A DNA stretch of 28,498 nt from Neocallimastix sp. 'constans'. Taxonomy: Eukaryota. The stretch lies in contig JBODTK010000159.1 in NCBI GenBank assembly GCA_050613775.1, positions 372,001 to 400,498 on the forward strand, written 5' to 3'. The translations under genes were made by a program, and so were the position numbers. Below are positions 11,945 to 24,000 of the stretch, in pieces. The notes under the pieces were generated by a model. That model made no database searches and had not been told where the DNA came from. It saw only the letters and a program-made list of their open reading frames with translations. Each line of letters begins with the position of its first letter. The stretch's first letter is position 1.

Positions 11945-12128
11945 TAAGGGTAGTTACAACTATGATGAATCACAAAATCTTCATGAAATTTCTATTCTTG
12001 GAGTTTCGTCTAAACCATCAACAGTTACGATTAAAATGCTGATTCTCAATTTGAATTTTAAACATGAATTAATCATCAAGAATCTAAATATTAGTGTGAA
12101 TGATAATTTTGTTGTTTCCTTGAATTAA
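11945..12128 (+). pseudogene. Remnant of a fourth GH31 copy (last ~60 codons, frameshifted)
   Basis: Aligns to 18581-18767 (KGSYNYDE.QNLHEISILGVSSKPSTVT...) with ~15 differences including -1 and -2 indels. Flanked by homologs of the copy 2 upstream and downstream DNA. Confidence 0.92.
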
Positions 12129-12522
12129 ATAATCAATATAAAATAAAATAAAAATTGAAAGAAAATTTGAAAATATTATTTATACTCAATAAATAAATTT
12201 TAAATTAAATTAATACCATAACATTATAATATTATTTTACAAAAACTTAATAAACAAAATAAATATTAAAATAATATAGTATTTAAATTTTATAAAATGA
12301 ATATATATATATATAGTATAAAATAATATAAATAATATAATATATTTAAAATATCTCAATATTTTATAATATCTGAATATTTAAATATATTTTTATATAA
12401 TATAATTAAAATTTATTATCAAAGTCATAATATCAATAATAAAATAACAAAACAATAAAAAAAAAAAAAAAAAGGCTTTAATAACAAATTAAAAATAAAA
12501 AAAATAAAAATAAAAATAAAAT

Positions 12523-12676
12523 AAAAATATTATATATAAGTCATTATTGTATTAATATAAAATATTATATATAACTCATTGTAATAATATAAAATATTAT
12601 ATATAACTCATTATTGTAATAATATAAAATATTATATATAACTCATTATTGTAATAATATAAAATATTATATATAA
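12523..12676 (+). repeat. ~32-35 bp tandem repeat (aaaatattatatataactcattattgtaataatat), about 4.5 copies
   Basis: Seen directly in the 3' flank of the pseudogene. Confidence 0.85.
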
Positions 12677-13614
12677 TAAATTAAAAAAAAAATATTTATA
12701 AATAATAAAAACAGACTTATATTTAATTATAATTAAATATAAATATAATTTAAAAAAAAAATAAGTAGTATTTAAAAGTACAATATTCTGTTAATTAATA
12801 ATTGAACACCTTCCAAATATAGAAAATTAATTGTAAAGTAAATCTGATTTTTTTAATTTCATTAACTTTTGTTTCAAAAGTCTAATTAATATTTTTATAA
12901 TTATATTCATAAATACTTATTAAATTTTAATTTATAGGATGGAGAGTTCTAAATGAAAATTTATATTAAATAAAATTAATAATAAAAAAAAATTAATAAT
13001 AATAAATAACGCTTAGTAAATAAATAAATAAAATAAATAAATAATACTAACAATAATAATAAAAGTATTATATAAAAATTCATACTCTTCAATAAGGTTA
13101 ATAAATAAAAAATATTCATGTAATTAATAAATGAATAAGTAAATAAAGATTAAAGTTTGCAATAATTGTGGATTCAAATAAAAAAAAAATTAAGGTTAAT
13201 AATTAAAAAAAAATAATAATAATAATTCAATAAAAATTATTTTATTTTTCTTTCATTATATGTGTTTATATATAAAAATTACCTTTAAATGAAATACTAA
13301 ACCTTTTTGAAAAGAAATTCACTTTTCCATAAATATATTCAGCTTTATGTTAATATTTTTATAATAAAATAATTATTGATTACTTATTGAATTAATTTAT
13401 TTTATTTCTGTTTAGTTTCCATTCTATTTCTATTATATATATATTTTTTATTATATAATTATGAAATTTATTAAAATTTTTAAATATAAATATTTATTTA
13501 AGATGTTTTTCACATAAATGAATCCATTTTTTCAATTTAATTAATAATCGTTACAACAATATATATAACTAAATATTATTTAAATTTAGGATTATTTAGA
13601 ATATTTTATAAATT

Positions 13615-14183
13615 TCATAATAGTTTACTGCATAAAATTTAATCATCAATTTTAATTTTTTATTTTATTTTATTTTATTTTATTTTTATTTTTTTACGGA
13701 GATATTGCATTTATTATAAATTAAAAATAATTATATTATATTTATTTATTACTTTTATTTTAATTTAAATTTTAAAATTATTATTTTTTATACTTTTTAT
13801 TTTATTTATTTTATATTTTTTATTTTATTATTTTTTCATTATTATTATAAAATAATAAATATTTAAATTTTAATAGATATTTAAATCAAAATATTTGGAT
13901 ATTTTAATAGTATACTACATAAAATTTAATTAACTCTTTTGATCCTTTTTTTTTTTTTTACGGAGATATTGTTTTTATTATAAATTAAAATTAATTATAT
14001 TAATTTTATTTATTATTTAATTTATTTTAATATTAATATTAATTTTATTATTTTTTTAAGTTATTTTTTTTTTTTTTTTATTTTTATATATGTATATATA
14101 TTTTTTTATTGTTATAAAATAATAAATAATTAAAAAATAATATTTATATTTAAAATTTAATAAATATTTTAATCATAATATTT

Positions 14184-14190
<7 letters not shown>
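13615..14190. repeat. ~270-290 bp diverged tandem duplication upstream of copy 2
   Basis: tttacggagatattg..ttattataaattaaaa occurs at ~13693 and ~13957; atagt.tact.cataaaatttaat occurs at ~13620 and ~13907. Confidence 0.75.
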
Positions 14191-14215
<25 letters not shown>

Positions 14216-15392
14216 TAAAATAAAATAGTATATATATATATATATTTTAGTTAAATAAATTTATATATTTTAATTTATTTATTTCTTTATATAAAATTCA
14301 AGAATTTAAATGAACAGCTTCTAATAAAATTTAGATTTCATTTTATCTCTTTCTTTTTACTTTTTTTATTTTTTTTGTTCATCTTTTATGACATATGATT
14401 TAAGTATTTGTGATTATATTATTTTATTTATTTATTTATTTATTTATTTTTTGTTTATTATTAATAATGAATATTAAAATAAAAATAAATAAGTATAAAA
14501 TAATTATATATATATATAAATAAATAAATAATAAAATAAATATAAAATAATAATTACTATAAGTAAAATACATTTTGAATAAAAAATTGAGAATAAAATT
14601 TTTTTAATTAATATATAAATCATTTTTTATTTAAATTAAATTAATTTTTCTTAGTATTTAATTTACTACAGTTAATAGTTAAATTTTGTAAAATACTAAT
14701 ATATGAAGTGTCATAATACACTTTTGTAATAGTTTAAATTGTATATTTGATTTTACTAATTAAATAGATGTATAGATGCATATTATCTATATTATTTTTA
14801 ACTAAATTAATTAAATTTGCAATCTAATAATCATAATTATAATAATGGATAATAATAATAATAATAAATAATTTATAATATTATTAATAATAATAGAAAT
14901 AATAATATTAATAATAAAAGAAATAATAATATTAATAATAATTTTTAGGAGTAATATAAATTTAATCAATATTTTTTTATATAAAAAGAAACAAATTTTC
15001 ACTATAATTTATTCTTTAAAAATATAAATATCTATTTTATATTTTATTTTATAGAAAATACAAATAATATAAATATCATTTTTATATTATACTTTAATTA
15101 TATTATTAAATATAATTATATAATTTGTAAATAATTTTTAGATAAATAGTATTATTGAAATTTTTCTTTAAAAATTAATTATTAAAATTTATTGATTTTT
15201 TTTAAAATAAAAATATATATATATATATATTATTATAATTAATATATTTTTTTAATTATATAAATATATTTTTTTTAAAAAAAAAAAAATATTTACTTTA
15301 ATAATATTATATTTAAATTAATTTTTAATTTAATTAAAAATTTAAAAAAATATTTTTTATTTAAAATAAAAAATATAAAAATAAATTTCAAA

Positions 15393-18300
15393 ATGAAATT
15401 TAATAGAGCTATATTAATTGCTAAATTTGCTGCTTTATCCTCTGCTGCTGGTCTTATCAAAAGAGATGATCAATGTTCCTGTACTGTTGAACCATTAGCT
15501 CGTAAAGATTGTGGTTACATAGGAATTAATGAAAGTGCCTGCGTCAGTAATGGTTGTTGCTGGGATCCATCTAATGTTGATGGCGCTCCTTGGTGCTTCT
15601 ACACCGCTAGCGGTGGTAAAACAACAGAATGTAAAAGCAGTGAATCTTATTCTTGTGAAGTTGATGAAAGTAGTCGTACTGATTGTGGTTATTATGGTAT
15701 TAATGAAAGTGAATGTGTCAGTCGTGGATGTTGCTGGGCAGAATCTTCTACTTCTGGTATTCCTTGGTGTTTCAATTCAAAGAAAATTGTAAATCCAGAA
15801 CCAAGTCCAGAACCAACACCAGATCCAGAACCAACACCTGATCCAGAATCAAAGAATTGTCCAGCTGATGAAAAGAGTCGTGTTGACTGTGGTTATATTG
15901 GTGTCACTAAAAGACAGTGTGAAGCAGCAGGTTGTTGTTGGGCTGAATCAGAAACAGATGGTATTCCATGGTGTTTCAATGAAGTTGGTAAAGATATTCA
16001 TATTGAAAAGGAAGGAATTACTGTTCGTTTCCAAAAACCATATGGATGGAGTACAGTTAATCTTTGGGCTTGGGATGATGAAGATAATAATATTTATGGA
16101 GAAGTTTGGCCAGGTAAAACCATCAATGATATTGGAGATGGTTGGTATAGTTACACTTTCCCAAGTGATGTTTCATCAGTCAATGTTCTTTTCAATGATG
16201 GTAATAATCAAACAAAGGATATCACTAATATCAAATCATCTTCTTGTTTCAAGTTAGTTGGTGATAATGTTATGAAAACTGATGATTGTGGTTTAGGACC
16301 AAGTGGATGTTCGTACACCATTACCGATTTAAAGACATCAGAATCAGGAATGACAGCTGTTCTTGATCTCGAAGATAGAATTTGTGAAAAATATGATATT
16401 GATATTCCAAAATTAGATTTCCAAGCTAAATTTGAAACTAATGATAGACTTCATATTCACATTCAACCAACGGATATTGAGGATTATCCTCATAATGTTG
16501 ATGTTCCAGAAGATGCTTATCCATTTGAAATTGAAGATGGACCAAATGATGATTTACAATACTCCTACGAATTAGTAGATGGAGAAACATTCAAAATTAA
16601 TATTAATCGTAAAGATGGAACACCAGTTTTCGAAAGTATGTCTTTTATTTTCGAACGTCAATATCTTGAGATTTCTAAAAATGTTGATAGCAACTCAGCA
16701 ATCTACGGTTTCGGAGAAGTCTTTGGACCATATAAAAGAAATAGTGAAAATACTTCACATGCATTATGGAATGCTGATAATGCTGATCCTGTTGGACAAA
16801 ATCTTTATGGTTCTCATCCATTCTATATTGAAATTATTGATGGAAAGGCATATGGTTTCTATCTTAAGAATAGTCATGGTATGCAATTTTCTATTCAAGA
16901 TGGATTAATGACCATTCAAGCCATTGGTGGTAACTTTGATATGTATTTCTTTATGGGACCAAGTATGGAAGATATTACTAAACAATATTTCCAAGTGATT
17001 GGGGCACCAGCCTTATTACCATATTGGTCACTTGGATGGCATCAATGTCGTTATGGATACAGAAATATTGATGAAGTTCGTGAAGTCGTGGCCAACTACA
17101 AAAAGAATAACATTCCATTAGATACCATGTGGATTGATATTGATTATATGGAAAACAATAAAGATTTTACTTATGATGCAAAGAACTTCCCAGTTTCGGA
17201 AATGAAGAAATTTGTGAATGAATTGAAAAGTAATCATCAATACTACATTAATATGATTGATCCAGCAATTGCCAAGGATGATAATTATGCGCCATTCAGT
17301 CGTGGTATGGAAAAAGATATTTTCATCAAGGATAAGAATGGAGAACTTTTCTTAGGTGAAGTATGGCCAGTTAATTTAAATACAGCATTCCCAGATTGGC
17401 ATCATCCAAATATTGTTGAATATTGGACCAATGAAATTAAATTATTCAAAGACTTAGCAATGACCGATGGTAATTGGATTGATATGAATGAAGCAGCTAG
17501 TTTCTGTAATGGAGCATGTAACTCTGGTAGTGATGATTCAAAGTTTAAGATGGGAGAGTTCAATCCAAGAAATCCACCATTTGCTATTAATAACTTTGGA
17601 TATGAAGCTCCATTGAAGACAAAGACTCTTGATATGGATGTTCAATACTATGGAGGACTTATTGATTATGATATTCATAATATGTATGGACATATGGAAT
17701 CAATTGTTTCGTACGAAGCACTTCTCAATATTGATCCAATTAAGAGACCATTCCTTCTTTCACGTTCTACTTTCCCAGGTACTGGTAGATATGCAGCTCA
17801 CTGGCTTGGTGATAATCATTCATGGTGGAAGGATATGTATTACTCCATCACCGGTATGCTTTCTTTCCAATTATTTGGTATTCCTATGGTTGGATCAGAT
17901 ACTTGTGGATTCCAAGCTAATGCGGATGAAGAACTTTGTGCTCGTTGGATGGCACTTGGTGCTTTCAATCCATTTGGAAGAAACCATAATGGATTAGAAT
18001 GGGATAATGCTAGAATTCGTAGTCAAGAACCATATATATGGCCAAAGACCGCCGAAGCCTCTCGTAGGGCTTTAGCTATTCGTTATAAGATTCTTCCCTA
18101 CATGTATACTTATTTAGTTAGAACTCATACTCATTCAGAAATGATTCTTTATTCATTTGCTGCCTTATGGCCAAATGATGCTACTGCTCTTGGAATCGAT
18201 AAACAATTCCTTGTTGGTAAAGGTATCTTAATTACACCAGTTATTGAACAGGGTAAAACATCGGTTGAAGGATACTTCCCAGAAGGTATATGGTATGATT

Positions 18301-18767
18301 GGTATGATCACAGTAATGTTATCACTGGACCAACCTATAAGGTATTAAATGCCCCAATTGAACATATTCCAGTTCATATTCGTGGAGGACAAATCATTCC
18401 AACTCAAGGACCATCATTAACGGTTTATGAAAATCGTAACAAACCATTTGAACTTTTAGTTGCTCTTGATAGTGAAAAGAAAGCTCATGGTATTTTGTAT
18501 CTTGATGATGGTATCAGTTACAATGTGGATGGTAAATTTAATGAAATTGAATACAATGTTGAAAACGGCACTCTCACAGCTAAGGGTAGTTACAACTATG
18601 ATGAACCACAAAATCTTCATGAAATTTCTATTCTTGGAGTATCTTCTAAACCATCAACAGTTACGGTTAATGATGCTGATGCTCAATTTGAATTCTCTAA
18701 CAATGAATTAATCATCAAGAATCTTGATATTAGTATGAATGATGATTTTGTTGTTTCATGGAATTAA
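15393..18767 (+). CDS. Secreted GH31 alpha-glucosidase with 3 trefoil domains and a CBM26-like module, copy 2 (1124 aa)
   Basis: Same motifs as copy 1; 3 amino acid differences seen (V234I, S245N, DDPK to DDSK). Trefoils at ~15480-15599, 15654-15773 and 15858-15977; CBM26-like at ~16017-16253. Confidence 0.95.
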   Translation: MKFNRAILIAKFAALSSAAGLIKRDDQCSCTVEPLARKDCGYIGINESACVSNGCCWDPSNVDGAPWCFYTASGGKTTECKSSESYSCEVDESSRTDCGYYGINESECVSRGCCWAESSTSGIPWCFNSKKIVNPEPSPEPTPDPEPTPDPESKNCPADEKSRVDCGYIGVTKRQCEAAGCCWAESETDGIPWCFNEVGKDIHIEKEGITVRFQKPYGWSTVNLWAWDDEDNNIYGEVWPGKTINDIGDGWYSYTFPSDVSSVNVLFNDGNNQTKDITNIKSSSCFKLVGDNVMKTDDCGLGPSGCSYTITDLKTSESGMTAVLDLEDRICEKYDIDIPKLDFQAKFETNDRLHIHIQPTDIEDYPHNVDVPEDAYPFEIEDGPNDDLQYSYELVDGETFKININRKDGTPVFESMSFIFERQYLEISKNVDSNSAIYGFGEVFGPYKRNSENTSHALWNADNADPVGQNLYGSHPFYIEIIDGKAYGFYLKNSHGMQFSIQDGLMTIQAIGGNFDMYFFMGPSMEDITKQYFQVIGAPALLPYWSLGWHQCRYGYRNIDEVREVVANYKKNNIPLDTMWIDIDYMENNKDFTYDAKNFPVSEMKKFVNELKSNHQYYINMIDPAIAKDDNYAPFSRGMEKDIFIKDKNGELFLGEVWPVNLNTAFPDWHHPNIVEYWTNEIKLFKDLAMTDGNWIDMNEAASFCNGACNSGSDDSKFKMGEFNPRNPPFAINNFGYEAPLKTKTLDMDVQYYGGLIDYDIHNMYGHMESIVSYEALLNIDPIKRPFLLSRSTFPGTGRYAAHWLGDNHSWWKDMYYSITGMLSFQLFGIPMVGSDTCGFQANADEELCARWMALGAFNPFGRNHNGLEWDNARIRSQEPYIWPKTAEASRRALAIRYKILPYMYTYLVRTHTHSEMILYSFAALWPNDATALGIDKQFLVGKGILITPVIEQGKTSVEGYFPEGIWYDWYDHSNVITGPTYKVLNAPIEHIPVHIRGGQIIPTQGPSLTVYENRNKPFELLVALDSEKKAHGILYLDDGISYNVDGKFNEIEYNVENGTLTAKGSYNYDEPQNLHEISILGVSSKPSTVTVNDADAQFEFSNNELIIKNLDISMNDDFVVSWN

Positions 18768-19610
18768 ATAATCAATAAATTAAACAAAATAAAATAAAAT
18801 ATAATATAATATAATATAATAAAAATATAATAAAATAAAATAAAATAAAATTTAAAAAAAAAAATAATAAAAAAAATTTTAAAATATTATTTATATTTAA
18901 AAAAAAAATAATTAATAATTAAAAATTAATATTATAATAGTATAATATTATAAAATTATATTAAATAAATTATATGAAATATTAATATTAACTAATATAA
19001 TATTTATATTTTTATATAAAAAGTATAAATATATTGAAATATAATATAAATAATGAAATATAAATATAATATATCACTATTTTATAATATCTCAATATTT
19101 AAATATAATTTTCATATAATAAAATAAATGTAAATTAGTAAAGTCAAAAATCCAATAATAAAATAACAAAATAATAAAAAAAATAAAGCATTATAAAAAT
19201 TAAAGAATAAAAAATAAATCATTATTTTATAAAATAAAATATTATAAATAATAAAAAGATATTTATAAAAACATAATAATATTTAATTTGAATTAATTGG
19301 AAATTAAAAAAAATATTTTAATATTATTTAAAAGTACTTTAAAGTATAATACTCTATTAATTAATAATTGAATGTTATAAATTTATATTAAAAGTTTATT
19401 TCTACTAAATAATTTATCTTATGTATCATTCCAACATAAAATTATATATATATATATATTTTTTTTTTCTAAATAAAAAATTCTTTTTTTCTTTTCTTTA
19501 ATTCATTATACTATTAAAATTTTGAATATTATTTAAAAAAAATAAAAAAATGAAAAAATTTACTATCCAAATGAAAAAAATTAATTTAAACAAATTTTAT
19601 TATTTTTTTC

Positions 19611-19747
19611 TAATTTTGCTAACTTTTAATTCTGAATTCTAATTAAAACTTTTATAATTATATTAATAAATACTTATTACTAATTTTGCTAACTTTTAAT
19701 TCTGAATTCTAATTAAAACTTTTATAATTATATTAATAAATACTTAT
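19611..19747. repeat. Exact 70 bp-period tandem duplication
   Basis: taattttgctaacttttaattctgaattct...tacttat starts at both 19611 and 19681. Confidence 0.9.
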
Positions 19748-20337
19748 AAAAATTTAATTTATAGTATTGGAGAGTTATAAATGAATATTACATTAAATAA
19801 AATTAATCAATAAATAAATTTAATAATAAAAAATAATTCTTTGTAAAATAAATAATTAATTAATACTAACAATAATAATAAAAATATTATATAAAAATTC
19901 ATAAATTTTAATAAGATTAATAATTAAAAAAAAAATTTATAATAATAATAAATTATCAAATTATTTTTATATTAAAAATATCTTTAAATAAAATTGTAAA
20001 CTTTAAAAAATGAGTTCATTCTTCTATAAATATATTCATTATAATTTATTTTTTTTCATAATAAATTAAATGTTGATTACTCAATGAATTAATTTATTTT
20101 ATTTTCATTTTATTTCTATTTTGATTGATATATATATAATTTTTTTTTTTGTATTATATTATATACATATATATTATGAAATAGTATTTAAAATTTTAAA
20201 TATATAAATATTTATTTGAGAAGTTTTTCACATGAATGAATCCATTTTATCATTTATTTAATTGTTACAACAATATATGAAACTAAATATTAACTAAATT
20301 TAGGATAATTTGGAATATTTTATAAATATTACAATAG

Positions 20338-20401
20338 TATACTGTGTAAAATTTAATCATCCCTTTCGATCAAAAGTGTTGATTTAGTTTTACATAGTAT
20401 A
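20338..20401. repeat. Imperfect 64 bp palindrome centred on GATC (20368-20371); inversion junction
   Basis: tatactgtgtaaaatttaatcatccctttc-GATC-aaaagtgttgatttagttttacatagtata; the orientation of the flanking homology flips here. Confidence 0.8.
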
Positions 20402-21084
20402 TAAATTACATTAGTTTCTTCCATTTTGCATTCATTAATTTCATTTAATACGTAATTATTATTTATATTTATATTTTATAATTATTTTATGATATTACAC
20501 ATTTTCTTATTATATTATCATTTTATATCATATTTATATATATATTTTTATCAATTTTAATTTATTGTGTATAATATTTTATTTTTTTAAATAATTAGTT
20601 AAATTTAATATTTTTTATTTTTTATTATTTTATAATTAAATTTTTTTATGTATAATTTTTTTTATATAGTTTTGTCATTATATTACTGATATTTTTATTT
20701 TTAAATTTTACATTTATTATATTATTTTAAAATTATACTTAAAATTTATATTTAAAAATTTATATAATATAAATATATTATATTATTTATATTATTTTAT
20801 TATATATATTTACTCATTACATAAAATTTAAATATTCTTTCATTTTAATATTTATATTTTATAAAATTTTTATAAAATAATATTAAAATAATATTATATT
20901 GTTATAAAAGTAATTTATAACTTATAATTTATAATTAATTATTTGTTTATTAAGTATAAATAATATTTTAAAATTTTTTTTATTATTTTTTTTTTTTTAA
21001 ATTTTATTTTATTTTATTTTATTATATTTTTATTATATTATATTATATTATATTTTATTTTATTTTGTTTAATTTATTGATTAT

Positions 21085-24000
21085 TTAATTCCATGAAACA
21101 ACAAAATCATCATTCATACTAATATCAAGATTCTTGATGATTAATTCATTGTTAGAGAATTCAAATTGAGCATCAGCATCATTAACCGTAACTGTTGATG
21201 GTTTAGAAGATACTCCAAGAATAGAAATTTCATGAAGATTTTGTGGTTCATCATAGTTGTAACTACCCTTAGCTGTGAGAGTGCCGTTTTCAACATTGTA
21301 TTCAATTTCATTAAATTTACCATCCACATTGTAACTGATACCATCATCAAGATACAAAATACCATGAGCTTTCTTTTCACTATCAAGAGCAACTAAAAGT
21401 TCAAATGGTTTGTTACGATTTTCATAAACCGTTAATGATGGTCCTTGAGTTGGAATGATTTGTCCTCCACGAATATGAACTGGAATATGTTCAATTGGGG
21501 CATTTAATACCTTATAGGTTGGTCCAGTGATAACATTACTGTGATCATACCAATCATACCATATACCTTCTGGGAAGTATCCTTCAACCGATGTTTTACC
21601 CTGTTCAATAACTGGTGTAATTAAGATACCTTTACCAACAAGGAATTGTTTATCGATTCCAAGAGCAGTAGCATCATTTGGCCATAAGGCAGCAAATGAA
21701 TAAAGAATCATTTCTGAATGAGTATGAGTTCTAACTAAATAAGTATACATGTAGGGAAGAATCTTATAACGAATAGCTAAAGCCCTACGAGAGGCTTCGG
21801 CGGTCTTTGGCCATATATATGGTTCTTGACTACGAATTCTAGCATTATCCCATTCTAATCCATTATGGTTTCTTCCAAATGGATTGAAAGCACCAAGTGC
21901 CATCCAACGAGCACAAAGTTCTTCATCCGCATTAGCTTGGAATCCACAAGTATCTGATCCAACCATAGGAATACCAAATAATTGGAAAGAAAGCATACCG
22001 GTGATGGAGTAATACATATCCTTCCACCATGAATGATTATCACCAAGCCAGTGAGCTGCATATCTACCAGTACCTGGGAAAGTAGAACGTGAAAGAAGGA
22101 ATGGTCTCTTAATTGGATCAATATTGAGAAGTGCTTCGTACGAAACAATTGATTCCATATGTCCATACATATTATGAATATCATAATCAATAAGTCCTCC
22201 ATAGTATTGAACATCCATATCAAGAGTCTTTGTCTTCAATGGAGCTTCATATCCAAAGTTATTAATAGCAAATGGTGGATTTCTTGGATTGAACTCTCCC
22301 ATCTTAAACTTTGAATCATCACTACCAGAGTTACATGCTCCATTACAGAAACTAGCTGCTTCATTCATATCAATCCAATTACCATCGGTCATTGCTAAGT
22401 CTTTGAATAATTTAATTTCATTGGTCCAATATTCAACAATATTTGGATGATGCCAATCTGGGAATGCTGTATTTAAATTAACTGGCCATACTTCACCTAA
22501 GAAAAGTTCTCCATTCTTATCCTTGATGAAAATATCTTTTTCCATACCACGACTGAATGGCGCATAATTATCATCCTTGGCAATTGCTGGATCAATCATA
22601 TTAATGTAGTATTGATGATTACTTTTCAATTCATTCACAAATTTCTTCATTTCCGAAACTGGGAAGTTCTTTGCATCATAAGTAAAATCTTTATTGTTTT
22701 CCATATAATCAATATCAATCCACATGGTATCTAATGGAATGTTATTCTTTTTGTAGTTGGCCACGACTTCACGAACTTCATCAATATTTCTGTATCCATA
22801 ACGACATTGATGCCATCCAAGTGACCAATATGGTAATAAGGCTGGTGCCCCAATCACTTGGAAATATTGTTTAGTAATATCTTCCATACTTGGTCCCATA
22901 AAGAAATACATATCAAAGTTACCACCAATGGCTTGAATGGTCATTAATCCATCTTGAATAGAAAATTGCATACCATGACTATTCTTAAGATAGAAACCAT
23001 ATGCCTTTCCATCAATAATTTCAATATAGAATGGATGAGAACCATAAAGATTTTGTCCAACAGGATCAGCATTATCAGCATTCCATAATGCATGTGAAGT
23101 ATTTTCACTATTTCTTTTATATGGTCCAAAGACTTCTCCGAAACCGTAGATTGCTGAGTTGCTATCAACATTTTTAGAAATCTCAAGATATTGACGTTCG
23201 AAAATAAAAGACATACTTTCGAAAACTGGTGTTCCATCTTTACGATTAATATTAATTTTGAATGTTTCTCCATCTACTAATTCGTAGGAGTATTGTAAAT
23301 CATCATTTGGTCCATCTTCAATTTCAAATGGATAAGCATCTTCTGGAACATCAACATTATGAGGATAATCCTCAATATCCGTTGGTTGAATGTGAATATG
23401 AAGTCTATCATTAGTTTCAAATTTAGCTTGGAAATCTAATTTTGGAATATCAATATCATATTTTTCACAAATTCTATCTTCGAGATCAAGAACAGCTGTC
23501 ATTCCTGATTCTGATGTCTTTAAATCGGTAATGGTGTACGAACATCCACTTGGTCCTAAACCACAATCATCAGTTTTCATAACATTATCACCAACTAACT
23601 TGAAACAAGAAGATGATTTGACATTAGTGATATCCTTTGTTTGATTATTACCATCATTGAAAAGAACATTGACTGATGAAACATCACTTGGGAAAGTGTA
23701 ACTATACCAACCATCTCCAATATCACTGATGGTTTTACCTGGCCAAACTTCTCCATAAACATTATTATCTTCATCATCCCAAGCCCAAAGATTAACTGTA
23801 CTCCATCCATATGGTTTTTGGAAACGAACAGTAATTCCTTCCTTTTCAATATGAATATCTTTACCAACTTCATTGAAACACCATGGAATACCATCTGTTT
23901 CTGATTCAGCCCAACAACAACCTGCTGCTTCACACTGTCTTTTAGTGACACCAATATAACCACAGTCAACACGACTCTTTTCATCAGCTGGACAATTCTT

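Noticed and set aside
11928..12128. 66 aa ORF as a functional small protein
   Set aside because: Frameshifted GH31 C-terminal remnant with a chance ATG in the microsatellite.
15480..15977. Cys-rich repeats as fungal dockerins (CBM10) or chitin-binding CBM18
   Set aside because: The R.DCGY.G.....C...GCCW...PWCF spacing fits the trefoil consensus; it lacks the dockerin WGVEN..WC and hevein CCS..G.CG motifs.
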